DNA from: a virus
Taxonomy: Duplodnaviria; Caudoviricetes
Virus record (IMG/VR): IMGVR_UViG_3300011008_000002
DNA length: 64,000 nt
Strand: one strand, 5' to 3'
Part shown: in pieces, positions 9,346 to 19,582 of the stretch
How positions within the stretch are numbered: position 1 is the first letter of the stretch
How the letters are laid out: every line of letters starts with the position of its first letter
Notes under the pieces: generated by a model
What the model saw: the letters and a program-made list of their open reading frames with translations, nothing else
Database searches by the model: none
What the model was told of the DNA's origin: nothing
Made by a program: the position numbers and the translations under genes

Positions 9346-9411
9346 TGTAATAGTAAAAAATAAATGGGCAAGTGGTATATTTCAACCCTTGTCCATTTAC
9401 TTATGTGAGAA

Positions 9412-11871
9412 TTACTTCTCGTTAATTCTGATACGAATAATAGAGTCACCACGTCTTACCGGTGCAACTTTCGCACATTTTGCGTGTCTCGATAGTACCT
9501 TAATCGCAGATATATCAACTTCTGTCTTGTCACCTGATTGCATCTGGAATACCATAGTGGAATTATATAACTTATCGTTCATTGGTATTATCTTAAAGAC
9601 TTCATCTCCATCGTTTAATCTCGTAAGCTCTAGCATTGTCTGACGTTTCTTTGTTGCCATAAATGCTTCATCGAGTTCAACGATTTTAGCAAAGCCTTTC
9701 TTTGTAACAATACAAACTTCTTTTACACCGCGATTGATACAAGCATTCTGTACTTCATCATCCGCATCTATCTTCATCACCTTTTGACCTTTAGTCTTTC
9801 TACCAGTGGAAGGAGATAAAGACAATCTTAGAATAATACCAAATCCTTTCTTGGTATAGATAAGACGTTCATTGTCACTATCACTAAGTAGACCCATAAA
9901 GCAAACTTCATCACCTTCATTGAGAAGCATAGCTCCGAGTCTTGTTCTCGTGACACTGAACTCTGTTAAAGGAGTCGCCTTAATCAACCCTTTCTTCGTA
10001 AAGCAATATAACCGATACTTATCTGGGTTGTCTTTGATAGAAGGAAGACAAGTCTTTATCGCCGTAATAGCTTCACCTGTTATACCAAGTAATTGGTCAA
10101 GACCCATACCTTTTGCAGATGGGTCAGCCGCAGGTATCTTGTCAATCGGAAGATAACACCATTCCCCAAGATTGGTTCCAATGTGGATATAATCCGCAGA
10201 GGTGATATCTTGGAAATATGCGATTACATCATCGTCCGGTTCCAAGAACCCTGTGCCCAAACCTGTAGGAGATAGTCTCTTTACATATTTCTTAGTGACA
10301 ACTACTCGATAATGAAATACTGGAGTACCTGCATCTTCAGGCTTGATAATGTGACACTGTCTTGGTTTCCCAAACAACTTCTTCCCTTCTTCAAGTTCTT
10401 CCCATATTATTTGCTTTATCCTCTTACTAGAGGAAAGAATATCTTCTTTCTCTTTAATCTTACTATCAATCTCAGAGAACTCTTTTTGATATTCTGCAAT
10501 ACTTCCTTTCTTCTGAGCTTTTACTTTCATATTAGATATCAAATTTGCCTGATATGATGTAAACCCAAACCTTGACGTAAGTTCACTGATGATTTCCTCA
10601 TCTGTCTCAGCTTTCTTTATGATATCGAATACATCATCAATCAGTTTCTGATTTCCAAGCCGCACCAAAGCTTCCAACCGATGCTTTTCTTCTCTGAGTT
10701 TTAATAACTCCTTTGCAATCGTTCTGTGTTTAATGTCAATCCTCCAGTCAATCCACTTCAATATACTATCCTTTAATGGAACTGAACCAGTATCCGACAT
10801 CATTTTGGTACGATCGGCATAATTCAGTAATATCTGAGCAGTAGCCCTTAATCCTATGCTATTATCGTTATAGAGTTCATTAATAACATAGTCGGGGTCA
10901 ACGCCCTTCTTTAAGAGAATCCAGAATTCTGTCGTTTCCAAATTACTCTTATCAGAGATATCTTTAATTCCTAATGGACTGCGTTTTTCTCTTTGTCCAA
11001 TAGCTCGAATAATAGCATCCATCGTGGTCTTTTCAGGAAATCCGTTACAGAGGATATAGTTACCTTCCTCGTGATATACAAGTTTTGCTCTAATCCTAAC
11101 AGTTCCTGAGCCAACTGCACAAATGTCTTTTATAACACCATCATCAATGATGTCATAACCTCTTGGGCTATCCGGGAAGAGATAAACACCTTCCATCTCT
11201 GGATGTTCAAGTAATGCCTGAGTCAGGCTAAATGCCTCAATCAAATTACACGGAACCATTGAGAATGAATTACCCCATGCAATTCCTATTGTAAGGTTCA
11301 ATAGGAAATTTGGATATCTTGCAGGAAGTACAACAGGTTCCACATCGCTTCTCAGGTAGTTCTGTTGCATTTCAATAACAGATGGGTCAAACTCCTCGAA
11401 GAAACATTTCCATGCATACTGGCTAAGCCTTGCATCCAAATAACGAGGAGCAGCTGCATCATCGCCTGCCACCGACCCTTCATTTCCATCCATATCTATA
11501 TATAACGCATTATTCTCCCACGTTTTAGTCACATTCTCAAACGCAGTAGCGATACTTTGATCGCCATGCGGATGATATTTCGTTGTAGAAGGGAGAAATT
11601 CTAGTGCTTTTTGGTACCTTCTATCCGGGTAGAGTTTCTTATCATGATACATGAACCATAAAGTTCTTCTTACTACGTTGATAAGCCCATCATATAATAA
11701 TGGACAACCTCTTGCCACAGAGACATTGGCACCATAACGAACAATTCGCTCTTTTGTGTACTCACCGGCATCTATCAATTCAATGTTCTGGTCATACATC
11801 TCTTGAGTCTCTATAATGTCTGAGGCTCTTTTCTTAGGACTTTTCTTGCTTGCCAATATCTTCACCTCCAA
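9412..11871 (-). CDS. type IIA topoisomerase subunit A (GyrA/ParC-like)
   Basis: DGL...RR, YHPHGD, AAAPRY catalytic Tyr, C-terminal beta-pinwheel repeats (TKKG...). Confidence 0.95.
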   Translation of the reverse strand: MEVKILASKKSPKKRASDIIETQEMYDQNIELIDAGEYTKERIVRYGANVSVARGCPLLYDGLINVVRRTLWFMYHDKKLYPDRRYQKALEFLPSTTKYHPHGDQSIATAFENVTKTWENNALYIDMDGNEGSVAGDDAAAPRYLDARLSQYAWKCFFEEFDPSVIEMQQNYLRSDVEPVVLPARYPNFLLNLTIGIAWGNSFSMVPCNLIEAFSLTQALLEHPEMEGVYLFPDSPRGYDIIDDGVIKDICAVGSGTVRIRAKLVYHEEGNYILCNGFPEKTTMDAIIRAIGQREKRSPLGIKDISDKSNLETTEFWILLKKGVDPDYVINELYNDNSIGLRATAQILLNYADRTKMMSDTGSVPLKDSILKWIDWRIDIKHRTIAKELLKLREEKHRLEALVRLGNQKLIDDVFDIIKKAETDEEIISELTSRFGFTSYQANLISNMKVKAQKKGSIAEYQKEFSEIDSKIKEKEDILSSSKRIKQIIWEELEEGKKLFGKPRQCHIIKPEDAGTPVFHYRVVVTKKYVKRLSPTGLGTGFLEPDDDVIAYFQDITSADYIHIGTNLGEWCYLPIDKIPAADPSAKGMGLDQLLGITGEAITAIKTCLPSIKDNPDKYRLYCFTKKGLIKATPLTEFSVTRTRLGAMLLNEGDEVCFMGLLSDSDNERLIYTKKGFGIILRLSLSPSTGRKTKGQKVMKIDADDEVQNACINRGVKEVCIVTKKGFAKIVELDEAFMATKKRQTMLELTRLNDGDEVFKIIPMNDKLYNSTMVFQMQSGDKTEVDISAIKVLSRHAKCAKVAPVRRGDSIIRIRINEK

Positions 11872-12149
11872 TCTTCTTTACTTTTTGGTTTTCTTTATCC
11901 TTTCTTTTCAGATAATACCTATAGTCGTCGATCAGGTAAATCGCCATGGAATATATTGTTATGACACTAATACCGACAGTGATAATACAGCATATAGCTT
12001 TTATGAGATCAGAATTAGTTGGAACACCAAGCTGTATTATCACTATTAGTCGGTAAGTTGCATATATAATATATACACAAAGTATGGCAGTATACCATAT
12101 ATCTTATAAGTTCTTCCTTCAAAGAAGTCTTTAATTCTTCTAAAGTCAA
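11834..12149 (-). pseudogene. frameshifted small membrane protein
   Basis: TTG 12149 with SD GGAGGTG gives MTLEELKTSLKEELIR; hydrophobic continuation DIWYTAILCVYII... is in the +1 frame from 12103. Confidence 0.5.
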
Positions 12150-12361
12150 CGGTTTGAATCACCTCCATACTTGAAATCATATATCACTATTAGTACACCC
12201 ACTATCATACAAATTATAATACAAGCAGATGTACCAATAAGATGGAGACTTAATTCATATTCGTGGACTTCAAGATTTACTATAAACGCATAAATCATCC
12301 ACGCTTCTAATAAACCTGAGAATACAAAGGCTCCTAAGTGTTCTAAAAAGTAGTCTAGCAT
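12146..12361 (-). CDS. small two-TM membrane protein
   Basis: 71 aa, two hydrophobic stretches, SD AAGGAG. Confidence 0.65.
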   Translation of the reverse strand: MLDYFLEHLGAFVFSGLLEAWMIYAFIVNLEVHEYELSLHLIGTSACIIICMIVGVLIVIYDFKYGGDSNR

Positions 12362-12373
12362 ACAACGGTCTCC

Positions 12374-14890
12374 TTAGTTATCAATATCATCCAATGAGAA
12401 ATTACTCTGCTGAACGAGTTGCTTCCTAGCAAATCTTCCTTTGGCATTCTTGATAAACAAGGTATCCATCGTAGCATTAAACCTCTCAACATCTGCAACT
12501 GTGTATTTTGCAAGTCTCCTGTAAGAAGGATTCATAGCAAATTTCCACATCTCGTATTTGGACATCTCGCCCCATCCTTTATATCTCCCTACAATATACG
12601 GAGTATACTTCTGGCATAGTTCCATAATCTGTCCAATCGTAAGTCTACCGACATGATTGAATTCAGCATTTTCACCTCTCCTATCGTAGAATTCATACTG
12701 ATAAATCCCGTCGTTGCTTATACGAATGATGTCAGATAGATACTTAATATCTTCCATCAAGGATTTACTAAGTCTTAATCCTACGAAGGTTCCTCTATAA
12801 CAACCAGAAATATCACCATCATTGAAATGGAGTTCAGGGTCAAGTTCTCCAATCTTCTCTTCAAAGTCAGGAGTTGCTGCAATGAATTCGAATATTTCTT
12901 TTGGTGATGACTCATAAGAAGATATTCTATCAAGCACCTCATAATATTCTCGATTTGCCCTTAAAAACCGTTTCATATTGTCTACAGATATGAAGTCTTC
13001 ATCCTCGTTAAACTTGATGGATGCATACCTGGTACAATTACTCTCAAACCTATCATACAACTCTGCCTTTGACCAAAGATAATTCCTCTCGTCAATATCG
13101 GTTTTACTCATCTTATTTGCAGCCGCCTGAGATTCTGCAACTTTGTATAACGGAGTGATAACTCTGTAACAATGTCCATTGAGAATCAATTTAGGTGCTC
13201 CTGCATAAATTGATGATAAAGTCAACCCTGCCATATGGTCTCCATCAACATCAGCATCAAACCCGAATATGATTTTATCATATATGAGGTTATCCTCATT
13301 AAAATGAGAACCATACCCGCATTCAAGTACTTGGTCTAATAAAACCGCATAGACGTTATTAGCCGGAAGCGTTGCCGTTCTACTGTTTCTGAACTGATTA
13401 TAAAAATTATCAGGTTTCCCTGTAAAGTTCAATATTCCTTGATAATCAGGATTGAACCTTGCTTTTCTTGCTTGACCACCGGCAGAATCTCCCTCAACCA
13501 TATATAATTCAAGCTTGATGGGACGATTCTCCTTTGGTGTACCTATCAGATTTGCTGCGACATAATTCCCTATAAGTTTTGAATCCATTAAGGATGGGAG
13601 AGATGTCTTTACAGACTTCCTTTTATTCGCAGCATCTGTCCTTATCTTCGCATTAAGTTTCACGAAGTCAATTATCTTCTTTACTTCCTTCTTACCTTCT
13701 GTAGTTTGGAAATACCCTGTAAGAGCTTCCGTATAAAGCTTCTTCAATGGGTCAATGAACTTTCTATTCCCAAGCTTATGTTTTGTCTGAGACTCAAATC
13801 CAGTACTCATAGTAGTATTTAAGTTTACAACTGCAACTAACCCAGTCAAAACATCTTCAGGGATAATAAGGTCTTCGTTCTTTTTATATGCAGCTATCGC
13901 TTCAGCATATACTACATTTGATATCGCAGTCTTTAATGCATTTACATGAACGCCACCATCAATCTGCTCAATCATATTGGTAAACCCATATACCAACGAC
14001 TCTGTGATTTTCGGAGCATAGTTAAATGCAAACTCAACTGCAATTTCCCTCTCTCTTTCAATCATATCAATATGAACATTACCATTTTCGTCCTCTGTCT
14101 TCACAGGAATATTTGTTTCAGTAATATCCATTCTGTTCTGAAGAACAATAGGGGTTTTCATAAGATATCCGACATCCGTTCCAATTATTTCAGGAATGAA
14201 ACCCCCAATATTCCCTGCCGTATTCTGATAAACCTTATTAAAGATTTCTTTACCATCTGTATCCGTTGCTTTGAACGTTATTTTTATCGAAGGTTCAAGT
14301 GTAAACACTGTCCTTCTTAACCATTCTGCAAAACTATCAAGCGGAACATAAGCATCCTCACCAAGAAATGCTTTGGAAGGTTTGAAACCAACTGTTAATC
14401 CGTGTAATTTCGGATCGGCTGATACAATCCTATCCTCTACTTTCTTACCATTAGAAAATCTGAGAAACCTCGATTGACCCTCTCTCGTTGATGTAATTTC
14501 AAACCTTTCCGATAATGCATTTGTTGCAGTAAGCCCTACTCCATACTCACCACCAGATGCTCCACCTGTAGCTCTGTCCATCTTCGTACCGCTTTGTAGG
14601 ACAGTACAAGAATTTTCCAAATCATTGAAATTGATACCACGACCAGTATCTTTAAAGTAGCATACTCCAGTTTCACCGTCCAAGAATATATCCATATTAC
14701 CGTCGGATACGGTGTTCTTGTTCCGGTGTTCGTCAACCATGTTGTTTACCATCTCATGAGCCAACTGTTCCGAACCTGCTGGACCACGATATGATATATA
14801 AAGTGTAGGAGACTTTTGAAGTTTGTCAATGTCATTCTTCAGAGTAGTAAACACATCGTCTACTATCTTCGATTTGTTGTTTGTTTCCAA
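12374..14890 (-). CDS. type IIA topoisomerase subunit B (GyrB/ParE-like)
   Basis: GHKL motifs (EMVNN.VDE, DTGRGI, GEYGVG), TOPRIM EGDSA and DADVDG, RYKGWGEM; TTG start with SD AAAGGAGG. Confidence 0.95.
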   Translation of the reverse strand: METNNKSKIVDDVFTTLKNDIDKLQKSPTLYISYRGPAGSEQLAHEMVNNMVDEHRNKNTVSDGNMDIFLDGETGVCYFKDTGRGINFNDLENSCTVLQSGTKMDRATGGASGGEYGVGLTATNALSERFEITSTREGQSRFLRFSNGKKVEDRIVSADPKLHGLTVGFKPSKAFLGEDAYVPLDSFAEWLRRTVFTLEPSIKITFKATDTDGKEIFNKVYQNTAGNIGGFIPEIIGTDVGYLMKTPIVLQNRMDITETNIPVKTEDENGNVHIDMIEREREIAVEFAFNYAPKITESLVYGFTNMIEQIDGGVHVNALKTAISNVVYAEAIAAYKKNEDLIIPEDVLTGLVAVVNLNTTMSTGFESQTKHKLGNRKFIDPLKKLYTEALTGYFQTTEGKKEVKKIIDFVKLNAKIRTDAANKRKSVKTSLPSLMDSKLIGNYVAANLIGTPKENRPIKLELYMVEGDSAGGQARKARFNPDYQGILNFTGKPDNFYNQFRNSRTATLPANNVYAVLLDQVLECGYGSHFNEDNLIYDKIIFGFDADVDGDHMAGLTLSSIYAGAPKLILNGHCYRVITPLYKVAESQAAANKMSKTDIDERNYLWSKAELYDRFESNCTRYASIKFNEDEDFISVDNMKRFLRANREYYEVLDRISSYESSPKEIFEFIAATPDFEEKIGELDPELHFNDGDISGCYRGTFVGLRLSKSLMEDIKYLSDIIRISNDGIYQYEFYDRRGENAEFNHVGRLTIGQIMELCQKYTPYIVGRYKGWGEMSKYEMWKFAMNPSYRRLAKYTVADVERFNATMDTLFIKNAKGRFARKQLVQQSNFSLDDIDN

Positions 14891-15098
14891 CTCTTTATAC
14901 CTCCTTTATCATTATAGGTTATAAAAAATAAAACTTTTTAAGATGGACAGGGATACAAAATCCCTGTCCACTTAATGCAATGCAATACGATTTCACATAC
15001 AATGAAGACGATACAATAAATATGTCAAACCGTATCGGGTCTTTTGTGAAAAATGTGCAGAACCTCGCTGGAGACTGATTTAATTAGTACATATGGAT

Positions 15099-15593
15099 TT
15101 AATACCTAGCACCGAACATACCAACATCCAACCCGATCGAGCCCTTACTCTCACGACGCTTTCCGCTGTTGCCCTTTCCATTGGTCAACTTCTTAACCAT
15201 ATCATTGTAGTAAACCACAATCTTTGAAAGTATATCTAATGCATCATATCCCTGGAAAATCGTCTGATAATCTTCATCAGATAAATTCGCTGCGAGCTTG
15301 GTCTGCTCCAACATGGAAGCAAACATATACATCGCAGACTCCAGCTCCTGCTTAGAATACGTCTCAGATTCGAAAATCGCCCTACAATTATCGCAGTATG
15401 CCGTTGTATCAGAATACTGATCTTTATTCCTTATCGGCACATTTTCATCCTTGATAGAACGAACGCGACCTGAACCGCCGTGAGGTTTGTGGTCACAACC
15501 CCTCTGAATTCTCTGCTGATTGTTGTACAGTTCCTGCTGGATCTCATTCTGTTTCCTCTTCAGATCCTGCTGCTGCTGATTCAAGTTTGCCAT
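15099..15593 (-). CDS. hypothetical protein, Q-rich N-terminus, possible Zn site (CDH...CDNC)
   Basis: 164-aa ORF, SD AAGGAGG, TATATTAAA at 15763-15772. Confidence 0.85.
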   Translation of the reverse strand: MANLNQQQQDLKRKQNEIQQELYNNQQRIQRGCDHKPHGGSGRVRSIKDENVPIRNKDQYSDTTAYCDNCRAIFESETYSKQELESAMYMFASMLEQTKLAANLSDEDYQTIFQGYDALDILSKIVVYYNDMVKKLTNGKGNSGKRRESKGSIGLDVGMFGARY

Positions 15594-15819
15594 AATTTAA
15601 TACCTCCTTTTGAAAGATTAATTTTAGGCGTTTCCGGAAATGCCTAAACCGAGACACGACAGGCTTATGGCTTGGACCAATCGAATCTGATTTACTTCTC
15701 TGTATAGCAGATATTATAAATCTATGATTTTTGGTCTCACCTATCAGTCCTCAGTTCACCCTTTTAATATAGTCATAAAAAAGTCATTGAACTTTTGTGG
15801 GTTCAATAAATTCTAAAAC

Positions 15820-16125
15820 TTACCTAACCATGTCATTGACACTTGCGCGGTCAGCCTTAGAAATATCGCCCATAACCACACTCTGCAAATGATCTAGCGG
15901 ATGGAAGTTTTTAAGTTCCAGGGTATACTCATATGTCTTACGATTTCTTACTATAACCGGTTCCATAAAACAATATTGGTCTCCAAACTTCTTGAAGTTG
16001 TCTTCACTAATAGGAGACTTTCCATCTTCATTGACATAGAGTTGAGCATTATCGAAAACCAATAGGGCTACATTTGACCATCCACCATTGGCATTCACGA
16101 TTGCTTTCAATGTTTCAAAATCCAT
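15820..16125 (-). CDS. hypothetical protein
   Basis: 101 aa, SD AAGGAGGTG. Confidence 0.75.
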   Translation of the reverse strand: MDFETLKAIVNANGGWSNVALLVFDNAQLYVNEDGKSPISEDNFKKFGDQYCFMEPVIVRNRKTYEYTLELKNFHPLDHLQSVVMGDISKADRASVNDMVR

Positions 16126-16138
16126 TTATCTCACCTCC

Positions 16139-17101
16139 TTAATCTGCAAGTATTGCTACCAAATAACCATAGAGTTTTCCACCATCTTCTCCGATAATAT
16201 TCTTTAACATATGATAGTTATTGACATATGTAGTCTGAAGTACCGACAGAATATTATATACCAGATATGGGAATACTTCAAGAGCAAGTGTCATTGGAGC
16301 ATTATATAAGGAAATGAACATTTGCAAGAACGTATTCACATTCAATTTTCCAATCCTTCCCTGCAATTCAGGAACAGATACAAGCTTCGTCAAGAATTTA
16401 CTGAAGTCTGTAAAATCCCCAACCTCAAATCTCTCATTCACAATACGAATAGAACTTAAGTCGGGATTTTTCAAATCATACAGACAGAAATTTTCAACGG
16501 TATCATAATCCGGATTATAACCAAGTACCGTATTTATGAAGAACCTCGAAACCATAAACGATACCGAGTTATAGATATTCTGATCCAACTTAATCGTATA
16601 CTTACGATTAATACATTCAGTTACCGTGTGAGTGTAAATCTTAGATGCAGGTCTGATGATAGATGGTGAAGTCAGCTTTGGATTGCCACTGATATCCATT
16701 TCCATCATACGGATTGCAAAGTAACAACTCTCCATAGACACCTTTAACTTACGAGGGTCTACGGTATATTCGGTTTCACCCGGTACACACTCACAATGGT
16801 TCAGAAATACAATTCCTGTCAAACCAGTAGCTCCGCCCTTAATTACAACAAAAGGAAGGTATAATGGTATCTTTACCTGCTCGCAATATACCATCACAAT
16901 CCTCTCATCCTTTACTGACTTTATCAACTGGTTGTAAATCGGACTCTTTACCCGATTTTGAATTGCCTTAAATGCAGTTTCTAACTGAGCTAATGTAACC
17001 TGTTTACCAGTTTTCATAGCTTCAGCAATACGGTCTGTCAATGCATTATTTGTATTCATCAAATTCCACTGATAGGAGTTTGATAAGTTAGCATAAGACA
17101 T
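16139..17101 (-). CDS. hypothetical protein
   Basis: Start revised to ATG 17101 behind AAAGGAGG; CACA-N6-TA at 17128-17139. Confidence 0.8.
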   Translation of the reverse strand: MSYANLSNSYQWNLMNTNNALTDRIAEAMKTGKQVTLAQLETAFKAIQNRVKSPIYNQLIKSVKDERIVMVYCEQVKIPLYLPFVVIKGGATGLTGIVFLNHCECVPGETEYTVDPRKLKVSMESCYFAIRMMEMDISGNPKLTSPSIIRPASKIYTHTVTECINRKYTIKLDQNIYNSVSFMVSRFFINTVLGYNPDYDTVENFCLYDLKNPDLSSIRIVNERFEVGDFTDFSKFLTKLVSVPELQGRIGKLNVNTFLQMFISLYNAPMTLALEVFPYLVYNILSVLQTTYVNNYHMLKNIIGEDGGKLYGYLVAILAD

Positions 17102-17227
17102 AATAAAACCTCCTTTCAAACTAAGATTATATTCTTGTGACTACGCCTTTTTAATACAAAAAGAAGTAGAGTGAGGTGATATACTTCACCTCACTCTTTC
17201 TGTTGCAACTTTCATCTGTTTTTATAA

Positions 17228-17728
17228 TCAACCAACCGATTCATCATCTGGGTCAGGTTCGTCCGGTTCATTGTCGGTCTCATATACATCTTGAGCATCC
17301 ATAGTTTCAGGAGAAACATCACCTGAACTCATATCTGCGTCTTCCTTATTATAATGACTATCGACAAGTGTACCTATAGCTCCCACTACTTCATCTGTGG
17401 AAATGCCAGAATCCTTGATTACATCGAGGACGATGTCTGCAACCTTCGCCCCATTCGTCCAAGAGTTATTCTTCCAATAGCCGTATAACGATACGACGAT
17501 TGTAATAACCGTGGAAATCAAATAAATGGCCTGAGGCGAAATATTCGGTACAGAATATGTACCAAAAGTAGCTGCAAGTTGGTTTACCCACACAATGACC
17601 AGAGCGATTAACCGTACTACAGCTCCTACCTGAAGTTTGCCAGCTTTGGCATCAGCGGAAGCAGTTTGGATCATTTCTTTCAATTCAGATGCAGTTGCCA
17701 CTGTCTCTTTAAGATTATCACTTCTCAT
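17228..17728 (-). CDS. SPP1-family holin with acidic C-terminal extension
   Basis: VRLIALVIVWVNQ, second TM, YWKNNSWT..AK.AD signature; CACA-N6-TA at 17755-17766. Confidence 0.8.
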   Translation of the reverse strand: MRSDNLKETVATASELKEMIQTASADAKAGKLQVGAVVRLIALVIVWVNQLAATFGTYSVPNISPQAIYLISTVITIVVSLYGYWKNNSWTNGAKVADIVLDVIKDSGISTDEVVGAIGTLVDSHYNKEDADMSSGDVSPETMDAQDVYETDNEPDEPDPDDESVG

Positions 17729-17821
17729 AATCTAATCCTCCTTTCAATTGGATTTATTATTATGTGGAAAACGAATGATACGTGGATAAACGTAAATAGT
17801 CTATCCACGTATCGTATATTG

Positions 17822-18604
17822 TTACTTAATCCGAATGTTCTCCGTGATGTCTACCAGATAATCGTTGATATTCTTCACAGTGGGAGTTACCAACTCTCCA
17901 TCTACCCAGTATGTAATACCAACAAGCTTCTTGGCGACCTCAGTGATAACGTCATCCCTGTTCAGCTTGTTATACCTATCCTGCCCCGTCTTGACAATAG
18001 ATAACAAGAACGTACGGATGAAATTATGTGTCTGAAGTTCCGAACGGAACTCGTTACTGGAAAGCATTGATTTATAGGAATTCTTTGCATCAGCTTGGTC
18101 ATTGTCCAATAGAGCATCTACAATCTCCCTATCAAACTGGTTCACGAACATGATGGATTCTGTATTCGTTTCCAAGTCCGTGTAGTTAATCATAACCAGA
18201 CCGCGCTGTTCAGCCAAAAGTCCGAGATATTTCTGAAGATTTTCCGCATCAGATTCCGGTAATTTGAACAAATCCGTGATATCCTTACATCCGAGGATAA
18301 CAGAAACATCACCTTTGCTGCCGTCAGCGTTATCGGGCTCCCTGACGAACAAAACATAGTTGTTACTGTTTTTGATATCCTTATCATTCAACGCCAATAC
18401 TTCCTCTTCCCCGTCACCATATACAAGTTCAAGATGACTGATGGTTTCCAGTACAAGACCTTCCTTGGCGTAATCATATAGAGTCTTTCCATCTTCTAAA
18501 GTGATACCTGTAACTCTAGCACACCCGATTGTCTTATCACCAACTCTAAGACCTTCACCTGCCCTTGAGTCCAAGATATCAATTTCATTAACAGTAAATT
18601 TCAT
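17822..18604 (-). CDS. hypothetical protein
   Basis: 260 aa, SD AAGGAGG, hairpin 17778-17811 downstream. Confidence 0.8.
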   Translation of the reverse strand: MKFTVNEIDILDSRAGEGLRVGDKTIGCARVTGITLEDGKTLYDYAKEGLVLETISHLELVYGDGEEEVLALNDKDIKNSNNYVLFVREPDNADGSKGDVSVILGCKDITDLFKLPESDAENLQKYLGLLAEQRGLVMINYTDLETNTESIMFVNQFDREIVDALLDNDQADAKNSYKSMLSSNEFRSELQTHNFIRTFLLSIVKTGQDRYNKLNRDDVITEVAKKLVGITYWVDGELVTPTVKNINDYLVDITENIRIK

Positions 18605-18658
18605 TAGTTCTTACCTCCTTGAAAGATTTTATATAGTAGTTACAAAACCTATAAAAAA

Positions 18659-19582
18659 TTATACTACCTGATAGGTTCCATAACCATGAAATGCTTGTTT
18701 GAATAACTTGTTTATGGGTAACCTTTGTTCTTCTTGAATGTGATTGAACTTTTTACCATTGCATATAGCAAACAAGTCCCTATTCTGAACATTCAAGATG
18801 AATATACTAAACCCTAGACTTTTTAGCTTTTCAATCGCTGTCACTATAGTCATGGTTAATACAAGATTGATTTGTGTATCTGGACTCATAAGTAGTTCTT
18901 TTATGTAGATACTATCATCTATAATTTCAACCAAGAAATTCTCATCCTTGAGTAAGTGACATTCGATTGAGTCTTTAGTTATTTGCTCTATACGGACTTT
19001 TGGAAAGTCCCTTTTAAGCTCACTTGCAAGTATCTTCCCTGCTTTTGATATCGGTGGTTCAACTCCGATAGGAGTTTGATTGACAGATTTCTGAGGTTTT
19101 TGTGGTACCTCATCCATCTCTATCATATCTTCTTCTGGCTCATCTTCGTTATCACTCACTGATAATATATAAAAACCGTATTTGGTTATATCATCACCGT
19201 AAAAAGACTTGAGTCTATTATAGTACCCTAACGGAACCGTGATATATCTATCATCCGATTTTAATGGGGCATTACAAGCAACACAAGCCTGTTGTATTGG
19301 AACGGAATCACCGGTCATTGATACCAATACTGTCAAATCAGATTGAGCCATAATGTATCGTATTAATTGTTCATATATGGGTTTAATGTATACTGCGGTC
19401 AGTGAAGTAATATCATCTATTACGTATACATTATCAATCTTCTTAACTTTTAACCGAAGCGTATCATCCAGTATGATGTAATAAAAATCATCACCATCTT
19501 TCATTGTCGGTTTATAAAATAGATTGATTTTGAACCCAGACTTGAACAAATCAAACAACTTATCCTTCTTTGGTCTTGACAT
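18659..19582 (-). CDS. hypothetical protein
   Basis: 307-aa ORF overlapping the upstream stop. Confidence 0.75.
   Translation of the reverse strand: MSRPKKDKLFDLFKSGFKINLFYKPTMKDGDDFYYIILDDTLRLKVKKIDNVYVIDDITSLTAVYIKPIYEQLIRYIMAQSDLTVLVSMTGDSVPIQQACVACNAPLKSDDRYITVPLGYYNRLKSFYGDDITKYGFYILSVSDNEDEPEEDMIEMDEVPQKPQKSVNQTPIGVEPPISKAGKILASELKRDFPKVRIEQITKDSIECHLLKDENFLVEIIDDSIYIKELLMSPDTQINLVLTMTIVTAIEKLKSLGFSIFILNVQNRDLFAICNGKKFNHIQEEQRLPINKLFKQAFHGYGTYQVV

Noticed and set aside
15620-15760. Hammerhead ribozyme (CTGAGGA...GAAA on -)
   Set aside because: Could not build stems I-III with GAAA and the cleavage triplet in register
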